DNA of 32,512 nucleotides from a virus (taxonomy: Duplodnaviria > Caudoviricetes). The translations under genes were made by a program, and so were the position numbers. Positions 26,470-32,512 of the stretch are shown piece by piece. The notes under the pieces were generated by a model, which saw only the letters and a list, made by a program, of their open reading frames with translations, was not told the origin of the DNA and ran no database searches. Position 1 is the stretch's first letter. Each line of letters starts with the position of its first letter. Location: IMG/VR virus record IMGVR_UViG_3300012942_000098, positions 1 to 32,512 of that record. One strand, 5' to 3'.

Positions 26470-26770
26470 AGCGGGAGAAACCCGCGCTCAGCCGGAAATA
26501 GACGGCGACCCGTCGCCGAGGGGAGGAAGTCCCGACGACGGATCGCCTATGCGCGCCGAGGGCGTGGGGGACGTAGCGCGCAATGGGAAAGGAAGTGGGC
26601 CGACCGAAGCCGACCCGAGTTGTTATGTCAAAGCAGTAGGAGCAAGCGCCCCTGATGAGCCCAGCCCGACGCCGAAGCGCCGACCTGTCTTGCCACAGCG
26701 GGTGATTTCCGGCGGCAAGTGGCGCGTTGCGAACCCCAGCCGGCCGTCCCCAGCCGGTGCAACGCGCTCC
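26470..26770 (-). ncRNA. Candidate structured RNA with several hairpins, including an anti-SD (cuckoo-like) loop
   Basis: 16-bp stem with G-U pairs and a CUUCCUCCCC loop (26504-26547); two cUUCGg hairpins (about 26597-26616 and 26665-26684); 9-bp stem GCGCGTTGC/GCAACGCGC (26722-26767). Confidence 0.5.
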
Positions 26771-26793
26771 CATTTGCTGCTGGCGGAGAAGCA

Positions 26794-26946
26794 TTACGGC
26801 TCCTCCTTTCCGTCCCAATCGGGATCGAAATCGTCATCGTCATCGTCATCGAATGCGCCTTCGAGGACACCGACGAAGAACGCGACGACCATGACAAGGC
26901 CGATGGCGAGCAGGACGAGGCTGGCGTAGAGCGGGAAGTCCTGCAT
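26794..26946 (-). CDS. 50-aa membrane peptide with a poly-Asp tail
   Basis: MQDFPLYASLVLLAIGLVMVVAFFVGVLEGAFDDDDDDDFDPDWDGKEEP; TGATG coupling. Confidence 0.65.
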   Translation of the reverse strand: MQDFPLYASLVLLAIGLVMVVAFFVGVLEGAFDDDDDDDFDPDWDGKEEP

Positions 26947-28007
26947 CACGCAGCCTTCCCTTCGACCTTGAAGCCGAATAGCTGGAGGATTTCCTCTTTC
27001 CGATGTTCGTTTCCTGGAACCTTGGCGAGCTTGTTCGCGATCTGCTTCTGCTCGTGGAGCGTCAGCAGCCGACCGCCGCTTTCGAGGTTCCACCGGATGC
27101 TGTCCGCGAGAGGATCGTCGCCATGATACTGGACGACCGGATATTCGAGGCCGAGGCCACGCGCAGTCGTGTATCGGCACCAGCCGTCGAGGATTTCATC
27201 GTCGATCTTGACGATGGGCTTGCGGACGCCATGCTCGCGAATATCGTCAGCAAAGATCGCGAGCGGCATTCCCCATCGATCCGGCCAGCACGTGTTGAAG
27301 GCGTGCCGCCGAACGGGGCGCGGAGGACATTTTTCGCGTGCGACAATCTCCGTCCCGAAAATGGCGGCCGGGGCAGCGCTTACGCTCTCCCCGGCCTGCG
27401 CCGGCACGGACACCGGCGAATTGGGGGCGGCTACATCTACCGGCAGAGACCGGTCATCGACATGGCCGCCATCGTCCACCCGGCTCTGCCCGGATTGTTC
27501 CACCGGCTGGGCTTCCGATTTGTTTGCCGTTTCCGGCGAAGTGGTTGCCGGCGAAGGATTCGAACCTTCGTTGGCGGATTCAAAGTCCGCAGTCCTACCG
27601 CTAGACGATCCGGCATTGTGGCCGTCTGCGGAGGACTCCACACGGCCGAGAGAACTTCCGGCGTTCTGGATGCCCGGAACGCCCCCCTGCGCTGCCGTTT
27701 CGGACAGCGGTTCGCCATCGAGGATTTCGCCGGTCAGCGGGGGGGCCTCCTCGCGCGCGTCCCGCGCGTCGCGCGTGAGGCTGGCGACGTAGAGGTCAAC
27801 CAGTGCCTCCTGCTCGGCGACTTCGGCGCTGTCCATGTCACGGACGCGCCTGAACGAAACCCGCAGCGCCTTCGTGTCAAAGCCGCCGGTCTTAAGCTCG
27901 GCAAAAAGCTCTCTGAGGTCGTCGGCAACTTCGGCCTTGGCTTCCTCGAGCCGGAGCCAGCGATTGTAGCCGGAGCGGAGAATGTCATCGGCGATGCCGT
28001 CAGCCAC
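26946..28007 (-). CDS. GapR/DUF2312 domain + disordered linker + ParB-N-like domain fusion protein
   Basis: N-terminus LRSGYNRWLRLEEAKAEVADDLRELFAELKTGGFDTKALR...EQEALVDLY matches DUF2312; C-terminus ADDIREHGVRKPIV...ILDGWCRY...WNL is ParB/Srx-like; GGAGG SD before the GTG. Confidence 0.8.
   Translation of the reverse strand: MADGIADDILRSGYNRWLRLEEAKAEVADDLRELFAELKTGGFDTKALRVSFRRVRDMDSAEVAEQEALVDLYVASLTRDARDAREEAPPLTGEILDGEPLSETAAQGGVPGIQNAGSSLGRVESSADGHNAGSSSGRTADFESANEGSNPSPATTSPETANKSEAQPVEQSGQSRVDDGGHVDDRSLPVDVAAPNSPVSVPAQAGESVSAAPAAIFGTEIVAREKCPPRPVRRHAFNTCWPDRWGMPLAIFADDIREHGVRKPIVKIDDEILDGWCRYTTARGLGLEYPVVQYHGDDPLADSIRWNLESGGRLLTLHEQKQIANKLAKVPGNEHRKEEILQLFGFKVEGKAA
27542..27615 (-). 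tRNA. tRNA-Gln(TTG) embedded in a coding sequence on the same strand
   Basis: TGCCGGA TC GTCT-AGCGGTA-GGAC T GCGGA-CTTTGAA-TCCGC CAAC GAAGG-TTCGAAT-CCTTC GCCGGCA A CCA (74 nt); all arms pair, with only a 7:66 mismatch; encoded CCA; U1-A72. Confidence 0.88.
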
Positions 28008-28340
28008 CTACGCCTCCACCGGCTGGCCGTGGAGGATCGGCGCGAAAAGAGCGATGTCGTCTTCGGCCGATATGTCGCGATCCACCACGGGGTCGAAGCG
28101 CCAGACCGCGAAGCATGGCTCCCAGAAAATGTCTGGTGGTCCCTCGATCCACATGTGACGATTATGAATTTCCACCAGCGTCATCGCCGGTTCGTCGCCC
28201 ACCATCCGAATCTCGCGGACGGTGTACGTGTTCCCCTTTTCCGGCGCCGATACATCGGCTGGCATCATGTCGTGCTTCCATTCCGGATTCGGTCGGACAC
28301 ACACACACCGGACGCCGGGTCTTGCCCATGAATTGTCCAT
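28008..28340 (-). CDS. Hypothetical protein, cassette copy 1 (MDNSWARPGVRCVCV...)
   Basis: 110 aa, GGGGAGG SD, TAATG coupling; paralog of 28580-28867. Confidence 0.75.
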   Translation of the reverse strand: MDNSWARPGVRCVCVRPNPEWKHDMMPADVSAPEKGNTYTVREIRMVGDEPAMTLVEIHNRHMWIEGPPDIFWEPCFAVWRFDPVVDRDISAEDDIALFAPILHGQPVEA

Positions 28341-28483
28341 TACCCCCTCCCCATCATGGTCAGCAGCATGTCCGAAGCGCAGGAGAGCCCCAAAAGCGCG
28401 GCGGCGATGAAGAGCATCGCGGCAGCAAATTGGGCAGCGAAGACGAGGCGCGGGAAGGCGCGGTTGAAAGCGTGCAGCGTCAT
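28340..28483 (-). CDS. 47-aa membrane peptide, cassette copy 1
   Basis: MTLHAFNRAFPRLVFAAQFAAAMLFIAAALLGLSCASDMLLTMMGRG; the frame is also open upstream to ATG 28579. Confidence 0.6.
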   Translation of the reverse strand: MTLHAFNRAFPRLVFAAQFAAAMLFIAAALLGLSCASDMLLTMMGRG

Positions 28484-28579
28484 GCAGCAGCTCCCGCGAA
28501 AGGATCGGAGGTAAAATGGCCGAAGCTGGACAACGCCAGCCGAGGAAACGACGCCCGATTCCATTTCGAGGACTGGCAT

Positions 28580-28867
28580 CTACGCCTCCACCGGCTGGCC
28601 GTGGAGGATCGGCGCGAAAAGGGCGATGTCGTCTTCGATGGGCGTTTCGCGGTCCACTACGGGGCGGAAACCGTCCGCCTGCCAGTAATGGTCAAGCACG
28701 TCGCCCCAGAGGCCGATGCAAATGAGCCCTTGATGCTCGATTACCGAGACGATCTTAAAAACAGGACCACCCTCCGGAGGAGCGCTCCGGGCGCCGGTAT
28801 GGACGTCGTGCCAATACTCCTCGACACATACGCACCGGACGCCGGGCTTTGCCCATGAATTGTCCAT
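28580..28867 (-). CDS. Hypothetical protein, cassette copy 2 (MDNSWAKPGVRCVCV...)
   Basis: 95 aa from ATG 28867; nearly the same N- and C-termini as copy 1 with a different core. Confidence 0.75.
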   Translation of the reverse strand: MDNSWAKPGVRCVCVEEYWHDVHTGARSAPPEGGPVFKIVSVIEHQGLICIGLWGDVLDHYWQADGFRPVVDRETPIEDDIALFAPILHGQPVEA

Positions 28868-29010
28868 TACCCCCTCCCCATCATGGTCAGCAGCATGTCC
28901 GAAGCGCAGGAGAGCCCAAAAAGCGCGGCGCCGACGAAGACCAGCGCGGCAGCAAATTGGGCAGCGAAGACGAGGCGCGGGAAGGTGCGGTTGAGAGCGC
29001 GCGGTGTCAT
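28867..29010 (-). CDS. 47-aa membrane peptide, cassette copy 2
   Basis: MTPRALNRTFPRLVFAAQFAAALVFVGAALFGLSCASDMLLTMMGRG; TAATG-coupled downstream. Confidence 0.6.
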   Translation of the reverse strand: MTPRALNRTFPRLVFAAQFAAALVFVGAALFGLSCASDMLLTMMGRG

Positions 29011-29282
29011 GCAGCAGCTCCCGCGAAAGGATCGGAGGTAAAATGGCCGACACCATCCGAATGACTGAGCCGGTCGCGGTAAGCTGCGTCCTTTGCGAAG
29101 GCATCAGCATCGAGGTTCGCGACGAGATCATCCGAGTTGTCGGTTGGATTGATCTTGAGACCGTCGCCGGCAATGAGCAGGAGCGCCGCATCGTGATGCG
29201 CGCCGCCTTTCCCAGCATGATCGCCAGGGCGCTGATGCGCGATTTGCGGCGAGCGGTGATGAGGCACCAGCATTGATGTCAT
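29007..29282 (-). CDS. Bridging ORF coupled to cro and to the membrane-peptide gene
   Basis: ATGA overlaps at both ends; 91 aa with antisense-like composition. Confidence 0.35.
   Translation of the reverse strand: MTSMLVPHHRSPQIAHQRPGDHAGKGGAHHDAALLLIAGDGLKINPTDNSDDLVANLDADAFAKDAAYRDRLSHSDGVGHFTSDPFAGAAA
29043..29276 (+). CDS. Hypothetical protein nested antisense within the early operon
   Basis: 77 aa (MADTIRMTEPVAVSCVLCEG...) with a strong GGAGGT SD before the ATG. Confidence 0.7.
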   Translation: MADTIRMTEPVAVSCVLCEGISIEVRDEIIRVVGWIDLETVAGNEQERRIVMRAAFPSMIARALMRDLRRAVMRHQH

Positions 29283-29500
29283 GCCGCACTCCTCCGAAGC
29301 TTGCGCTCGGTCGCGATGAACTCGCGAATGCGGTCTTCGGTATCCGGCCATACTCTCGCGGGGCGTCCCCGCGCCGTGGTTTGCGCGCGCAGCCTCTCGA
29401 CAAGGCGCCCATTGCGCACCGCAAGGAAGCCAAAGCGGTATTCGCTCATGCCAGTCTCGCGGAGGAAGGCGTCGATTTCGGAAAGCAAGGATGCGTTCAT
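29279..29500 (-). CDS. Cro-like HTH regulator
   Basis: MNASLLSEIDAFLRETGMSEYRFGFLAVRNGRLVERLR...TEDRIREFI; divergent from the CI-like repressor. Confidence 0.85.
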   Translation of the reverse strand: MNASLLSEIDAFLRETGMSEYRFGFLAVRNGRLVERLRAQTTARGRPARVWPDTEDRIREFIATERKLRRSAA

Positions 29501-29506
29501 GCACCC

Positions 29507-29580
29507 ATTATGCACGCTTATGCGTGTACGTCAACACGCTAAATCGTTCACCACGCAAAAGCGTGCGGCTGCTATAAAAT
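29507..29580. promoter_or_regulatory. cI/cro divergent promoters with three operators (CACGC-N4-GCGTG)
   Basis: CACGCttatGCGTG (29513-29526), CACGCtaaaTCGTT (29535-29548) and CACGCaaaaGCGTG (29552-29565); - strand TTGACG-N16-CATAAT ahead of cro; + strand GCTATAAAAT just before the cI ATG. Confidence 0.75.
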
Positions 29581-29584
29581 TCCC

Positions 29585-30259
29585 ATGCAGGATGAATGGT
29601 TTGAACGTCTAAAGGCCGCGATTGCGAATGACGGACGCTCGTTGCGGGACATAAGCCTCGCGGCGGGCCTTGGGCCGAACTATGTCCAGCAGATGATTAA
29701 GAGAGATCAGCCCCCCAAGATCGCGACCAGGGATAAGTTGCTTGAAATTCTAGAGCCATCTGTGGCCGCTCAGCTTCGCGTAGAGCCGCCGCTCCGCGCC
29801 GCCCCAATTCTCGGTCTCGCGGGCGCAGGCCCAGAGGGGACGGTTTTGTTTGCCGAAGCGCAGGGAAGCTTCGGCGAGGTGCCGGCGCCGCCCGGTTCTG
29901 GCGAACAGGTGGCCGCGCTCGAGGTCAGGGGGAACTCAATGCACGGGCTAGCGGAGGACGGCTGGCTTCTATTTTACGAGGAACGTACCGAGCCGCGCGA
30001 CGAATATATGGGAGAACCCTGTGTCTGCTGGCTTGAGAATGGGCACGTCCTCGTCAAAATACCGGAGCCCACCAGATTTCCTGGTCTCTATAATCTGACC
30101 AGTACGAACGCGCCAACCATGCGAGAGGTCCCCGTCAGCGAAATGGCCTTGGTCATGGACATTCGGCCCAGGCGTGCAGCGCAGCGCTTCATTCGGCGCA
30201 ATCCCGAACAAAAGGTCATCGATGTCCAAAACGGCCAACGTCCAGAGGCGCGGAAGTGA
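29585..30259 (+). CDS. CI-like repressor (HTH + S24 peptidase)
   Basis: HTH SLRDISLAAGLGPNYVQQM; AG cleavage region GLAGAG; catalytic VRGNSM and VLVK. Confidence 0.9.
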   Translation: MQDEWFERLKAAIANDGRSLRDISLAAGLGPNYVQQMIKRDQPPKIATRDKLLEILEPSVAAQLRVEPPLRAAPILGLAGAGPEGTVLFAEAQGSFGEVPAPPGSGEQVAALEVRGNSMHGLAEDGWLLFYEERTEPRDEYMGEPCVCWLENGHVLVKIPEPTRFPGLYNLTSTNAPTMREVPVSEMALVMDIRPRRAAQRFIRRNPEQKVIDVQNGQRPEARK

Positions 30260-30291
30260 GGAGGTGTCGTGCCTTCTCGGGTGCTCCCTGA

Positions 30292-30534
30292 GTGTGGCTC
30301 TGGCGGCTCTTTGTCATCTGGTGCATCCAGCTCGGAGCCTTTGGCACTGTCATCCAATTTATTCTATGGCTCTATGAAGTGGATGAGGCGGTCCGAGACT
30401 ATCTGGATCTTCACCGCGACTGGCTAACCATCGGCCTAGCCTGTTACTTTGTATTTTTCCTTCTATATGCTCTAATGATGGCCGATGCTGAGAAGGTACG
30501 GCGAACGCAGCGCAGGTTGGAACGTGATGAGTAA
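30292..30534 (+). CDS. Small membrane protein (2 TM)
   Basis: 80 aa with two hydrophobic segments; GTG start; downstream of cI. Confidence 0.6.
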   Translation: MWLWRLFVIWCIQLGAFGTVIQFILWLYEVDEAVRDYLDLHRDWLTIGLACYFVFFLLYALMMADAEKVRRTQRRLERDE

Positions 30535-31108
30535 TCTCGCTGAGCCAGGCTTCTGGATTATCATCGCTATTCCGCTGATCGGGCTTCTGCAGGTGATTGG
30601 GGCAGCACTTGCGCGGCCGCATTACCGGCGCTTGAATCAGATCGCGGATACGGTTCTCTCGGACCCGCAGTCCAATGATGCGGATCGATCGTGGCTAAAG
30701 TCTCAGCTTTCCGATGCCACGCTCCGCTGGCCTGTATGGCTTATGGCTGTCGGCGCGCCGGTAATCGGGATTGCAGGGCTTGTATCTGCGGTCGCTGTTC
30801 TGCGCGATCAAAATGACACACCTGCGGATTGGGATGAGTTCGATCGACGAGCCGCGAAGGCGGAAGGGCTGGGCGATCCGAGCGGGGGTGTTTATTGGTC
30901 AACTCCGCTTCGCAGCGAAATGCGTGATGCAGTGTTCAATGCGCAGGTTCTCGCTTCTCCACTTCTATCGGCGTGGATCGCCCTCTGGCTCATTCCCGCG
31001 CTGCTATTACTTGTAGCTTGCGGTGCAGCAACCTTAGCCGCTTCACAGATGCGTCATCTTGTTGAGGAATGGGCGCTCAAGGCCCGATCATCGACGCTTC
31101 GCGTCTGA
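30527..31108 (+). CDS. Membrane protein (about 3 TM)
   Basis: ATG 30527 overlaps the previous stop; hydrophobic segments FWIIIAIPLIGLLQVIGAAL, WLMAVGAPVIGIAGLVSAVAVL and LLSAWIALWLIPALLLLVACGAA. Confidence 0.7.
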   Translation: MSNLAEPGFWIIIAIPLIGLLQVIGAALARPHYRRLNQIADTVLSDPQSNDADRSWLKSQLSDATLRWPVWLMAVGAPVIGIAGLVSAVAVLRDQNDTPADWDEFDRRAAKAEGLGDPSGGVYWSTPLRSEMRDAVFNAQVLASPLLSAWIALWLIPALLLLVACGAATLAASQMRHLVEEWALKARSSTLRV

Positions 31109-31109
31109 T

Positions 31110-31298
31110 ATGGCTCGCCAACTGCACCGTCCTGCCCACGAGCTCGCCGCCCGAGCTCTATGCCGGTTCCACGGGAATCCTGAGGACACGAAGTTCGAGG
31201 GCAAGCCGATGTGGATGAGCTATCTGGCGGAAGCGGATGCGGTGCTGGAGGCGATTGGGTGGAAAGAGCCTATTTCCAAGCCAGATGAATCGCGTTAG
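31110..31298 (+). CDS. Hypothetical protein
   Basis: 62 aa from ATG 31110, 1 nt after the previous stop; ELAARALCRFHG...KPMWMSYLAEADAVLEAIG. Confidence 0.7.
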   Translation: MARQLHRPAHELAARALCRFHGNPEDTKFEGKPMWMSYLAEADAVLEAIGWKEPISKPDESR

Positions 31299-31320
31299 CG
31301 CTTAATCTGGGGGGCATCAG

Positions 31321-32160
31321 ATGACGATTTGCGTTGGGGTGAAGGTCAACGATTGTATCGTTTTTGTCGCCGACAGTGCATCCTCGATGGTGGCTCAGGG
31401 GCCGAGCGGTCCTGTCATATCCCGCGTGTATAACCACGGCGACAAGCTGTTCAATTTGTACCGCGGCCTTCCTGTGGCGGCCATGACATGCGGACTGGGT
31501 GCGTTTGGGCGGGAGTCGATTGCCACGATCGCGAAGGGCATACGCGTCGATCTTATGGCGGAAGACAGCGAGATTACCCCAGAGAACTACGCCATAGAAG
31601 CGATCGCCAACTTCGCTTGCGATCGTTTTAGGGCCAAGTTCGAGGTACTGGACCCGGCTGTCAGGGAAGGATCATCGTTCGAGTTTTTCGTCGGTGGTTA
31701 CTCGGCAAAAGCGACAGACAGCGAAGTGTGGAAATTCCAATTTGGTCCTGGCCAAACAGGCAGTCCAACTTGCATCGCCGGCCACGATCATCCAGATATC
31801 GTTTGGGCTGGGCAGCCGGAAGCTATCGTGCGCCTGGTGTTTGGGATTCCGTCGTCCCTGACGGAAATCCTGAAGGAGACAGGTCTGGCGGACGCGCAGG
31901 TAGCAAATCTCGTCTCGCTAATTCAGCAGCGAGCGCAGGCGCAGTTCCTGGAAGCTGCAATGCCGGTACGCGACGCCATAGAATTGGCACGTTTCTTGGC
32001 ACAAACGGCGGCCTCATACGTTCGTTTCTTGCCAGGAGCGGATACCATCGGCGGTGACCTCGACGTCGCAACGGTAACGAAATTTGAAGGATTCCGCTGG
32101 ATCAGTAGAAAGCACTTCTACTCTCCAGCGCTAAACCCGGAGACCGACCATGTCCGATAA
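31321..32160 (+). CDS. Proteasome beta-subunit-like Ntn hydrolase
   Basis: M-T-ICVGV (Thr1 after Met removal), IVFVADS, downstream KLF, FFVGGY, DAIELARFL and C-terminal TIGGDLDVATV follow the proteasome/HslV/Anbu fold pattern. Confidence 0.78.
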   Translation: MTICVGVKVNDCIVFVADSASSMVAQGPSGPVISRVYNHGDKLFNLYRGLPVAAMTCGLGAFGRESIATIAKGIRVDLMAEDSEITPENYAIEAIANFACDRFRAKFEVLDPAVREGSSFEFFVGGYSAKATDSEVWKFQFGPGQTGSPTCIAGHDHPDIVWAGQPEAIVRLVFGIPSSLTEILKETGLADAQVANLVSLIQQRAQAQFLEAAMPVRDAIELARFLAQTAASYVRFLPGADTIGGDLDVATVTKFEGFRWISRKHFYSPALNPETDHVR

Positions 32161-32329
32161 GGATAAGAAAGCGTCACAAGTAGAGGCCCGGCCACTTCGG
32201 CCGCTGCCTATGCCAGCGTACAGCTATCAGGATCGAGTCCGGAACGAAGTCATCGGCTCGACGCAGAAATCTGATACCAAAAGCGCCGAAAAGCCGGACC
32301 TTTCGCAGGTGACTTTGAACTTCGCATAG
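32150..32329 (+). CDS. 59-aa hydrophilic peptide overlapping the Ntn-hydrolase gene
   Basis: Below the ORF-track cutoff; GGAG SD; MSDKDKKASQVEARPLRPLPMPAYSYQDRVRNEVIGSTQKSDTKSAEKPDLSQVTLNFA*; followed by terminators. Confidence 0.55.
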   Translation: MSDKDKKASQVEARPLRPLPMPAYSYQDRVRNEVIGSTQKSDTKSAEKPDLSQVTLNFA

Positions 32330-32353
32330 AGACGTTGACGATCGGTTGCATGT

Positions 32354-32412
32354 GAGCCTCGCTCCGGCGGGCTTTCTCATTCCTCCAGCCCGGCCAAGCC
32401 GGGCTTTTTGTT
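32354..32412 (+). terminator. Tandem Rho-independent terminator hairpins
   Basis: GAGCCTCGC-TCCG-GCGGGCTT followed by TCTC, then AGCCCGGC-CAA-GCCGGGCT followed by TTTTGTT. Confidence 0.75.
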
Positions 32413-32421
32413 GGGCGCCAG

Positions 32422-32511
32422 CTATTCAGCTATCTGCTCGTTGAGGGCCGCATCGATCATCTGGCGATGAAGATCGGCGATATAGGCCGACCATCCGCCT
32501 TGGCCGTGAAC
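32422..32511 (-). CDS. 3' end of a convergent hypothetical gene (partial)
   Basis: ...VHGQGGWSAYIADLHRQMIDAALNEQIAE*; stop lies next to the terminator. Confidence 0.5.
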   Translation of the reverse strand, partial: VHGQGGWSAYIADLHRQMIDAALNEQIAE

Positions 32512-32512
32512 C

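Larger units (their letters stand above)
28008..29050. repeat. Imperfect tandem duplication of a two-gene cassette
   Basis: Block A 28008-28065 vs 28580-28637 (57/58 identical); block B 28296-28523 vs 28823-29050 (228 bp, ungapped, highly similar); the middles are divergent and differ by 45 bp. Confidence 0.95.
1..32512. mobile_element. Temperate phage/prophage segment (lambdoid immunity region with podovirus-like morphogenesis genes)
   Basis: cI/cro, replication, terminase, portal, capsid and tail genes in canonical order; no host housekeeping genes; boundaries lie outside the window. Confidence 0.95.

Noticed and set aside
26830-26851. (TCGTCA)n microsatellite as a contingency locus
   Set aside because: In-frame hexamer repeat that simply encodes the poly-Asp tail.
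27542-27615. Embedded tRNA as a prophage attachment site
   Set aside because: It lies mid-operon with phage genes on both sides, with no integrase nearby and no duplicated 3' fragment in the window.
28297-28308. (AC)6 tract as a phase-variation site
   Set aside because: It encodes the conserved CVCV motif, and the paralogous copy keeps the peptide with the tract broken by synonymous changes.
28516-28725. + strand 69-aa ORF with strong SD
   Set aside because: The SD and first codons are just the duplicated start of the 29043 gene; the rest is Arg/Pro-rich antisense of cassette copy 2, so it is probably a remnant.
28008-29050. Duplicated region as a diversity-generating retroelement (TR/VR pair)
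   Set aside because: No reverse transcriptase in the window, mismatches are not adenine-specific, and the cores differ by an indel and wholesale divergence.

Overview
High-GC window covering about 32.5 kb of a temperate phage or prophage. GapR/DUF2312 and MmcB-like genes point to an alphaproteobacterial (Hyphomicrobiales-like) host. Reading right to left there are five modules. (1) A lysogenic accessory operon on the + strand behind a CI-like repressor: two membrane proteins, a small protein, a proteasome-beta-like Ntn hydrolase and an overlapping 59-aa peptide. (2) A cI/cro switch with three CACGC-N4-GCGTG-type operators. (3) A long, translationally coupled early/middle operon on the - strand: a tandem-duplicated two-gene cassette, a GapR-ParB-like fusion with an in-frame tRNA-Gln inside it, a structured RNA region, an MmcB-like nuclease, a C5 methyltransferase, an SF2 helicase, an N4/N6 methyltransferase, RusA, a DnaA-C HTH protein, a DUF559 nuclease and a DUF1376 replication initiator. 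(4) An inverted five-gene moron, a NusG-like antiterminator and a degenerate tRNA-Met. (5) A podovirus-style morphogenesis module: TerS, TerL, portal, GroES-like co-chaperonin, scaffold, major capsid, adaptors, a free-standing HNH-AP2 endonuclease and a tail protein cut by the left edge. No integrase, lysis cassette or att site is visible. All product calls come from motif recognition by eye, without database searches.
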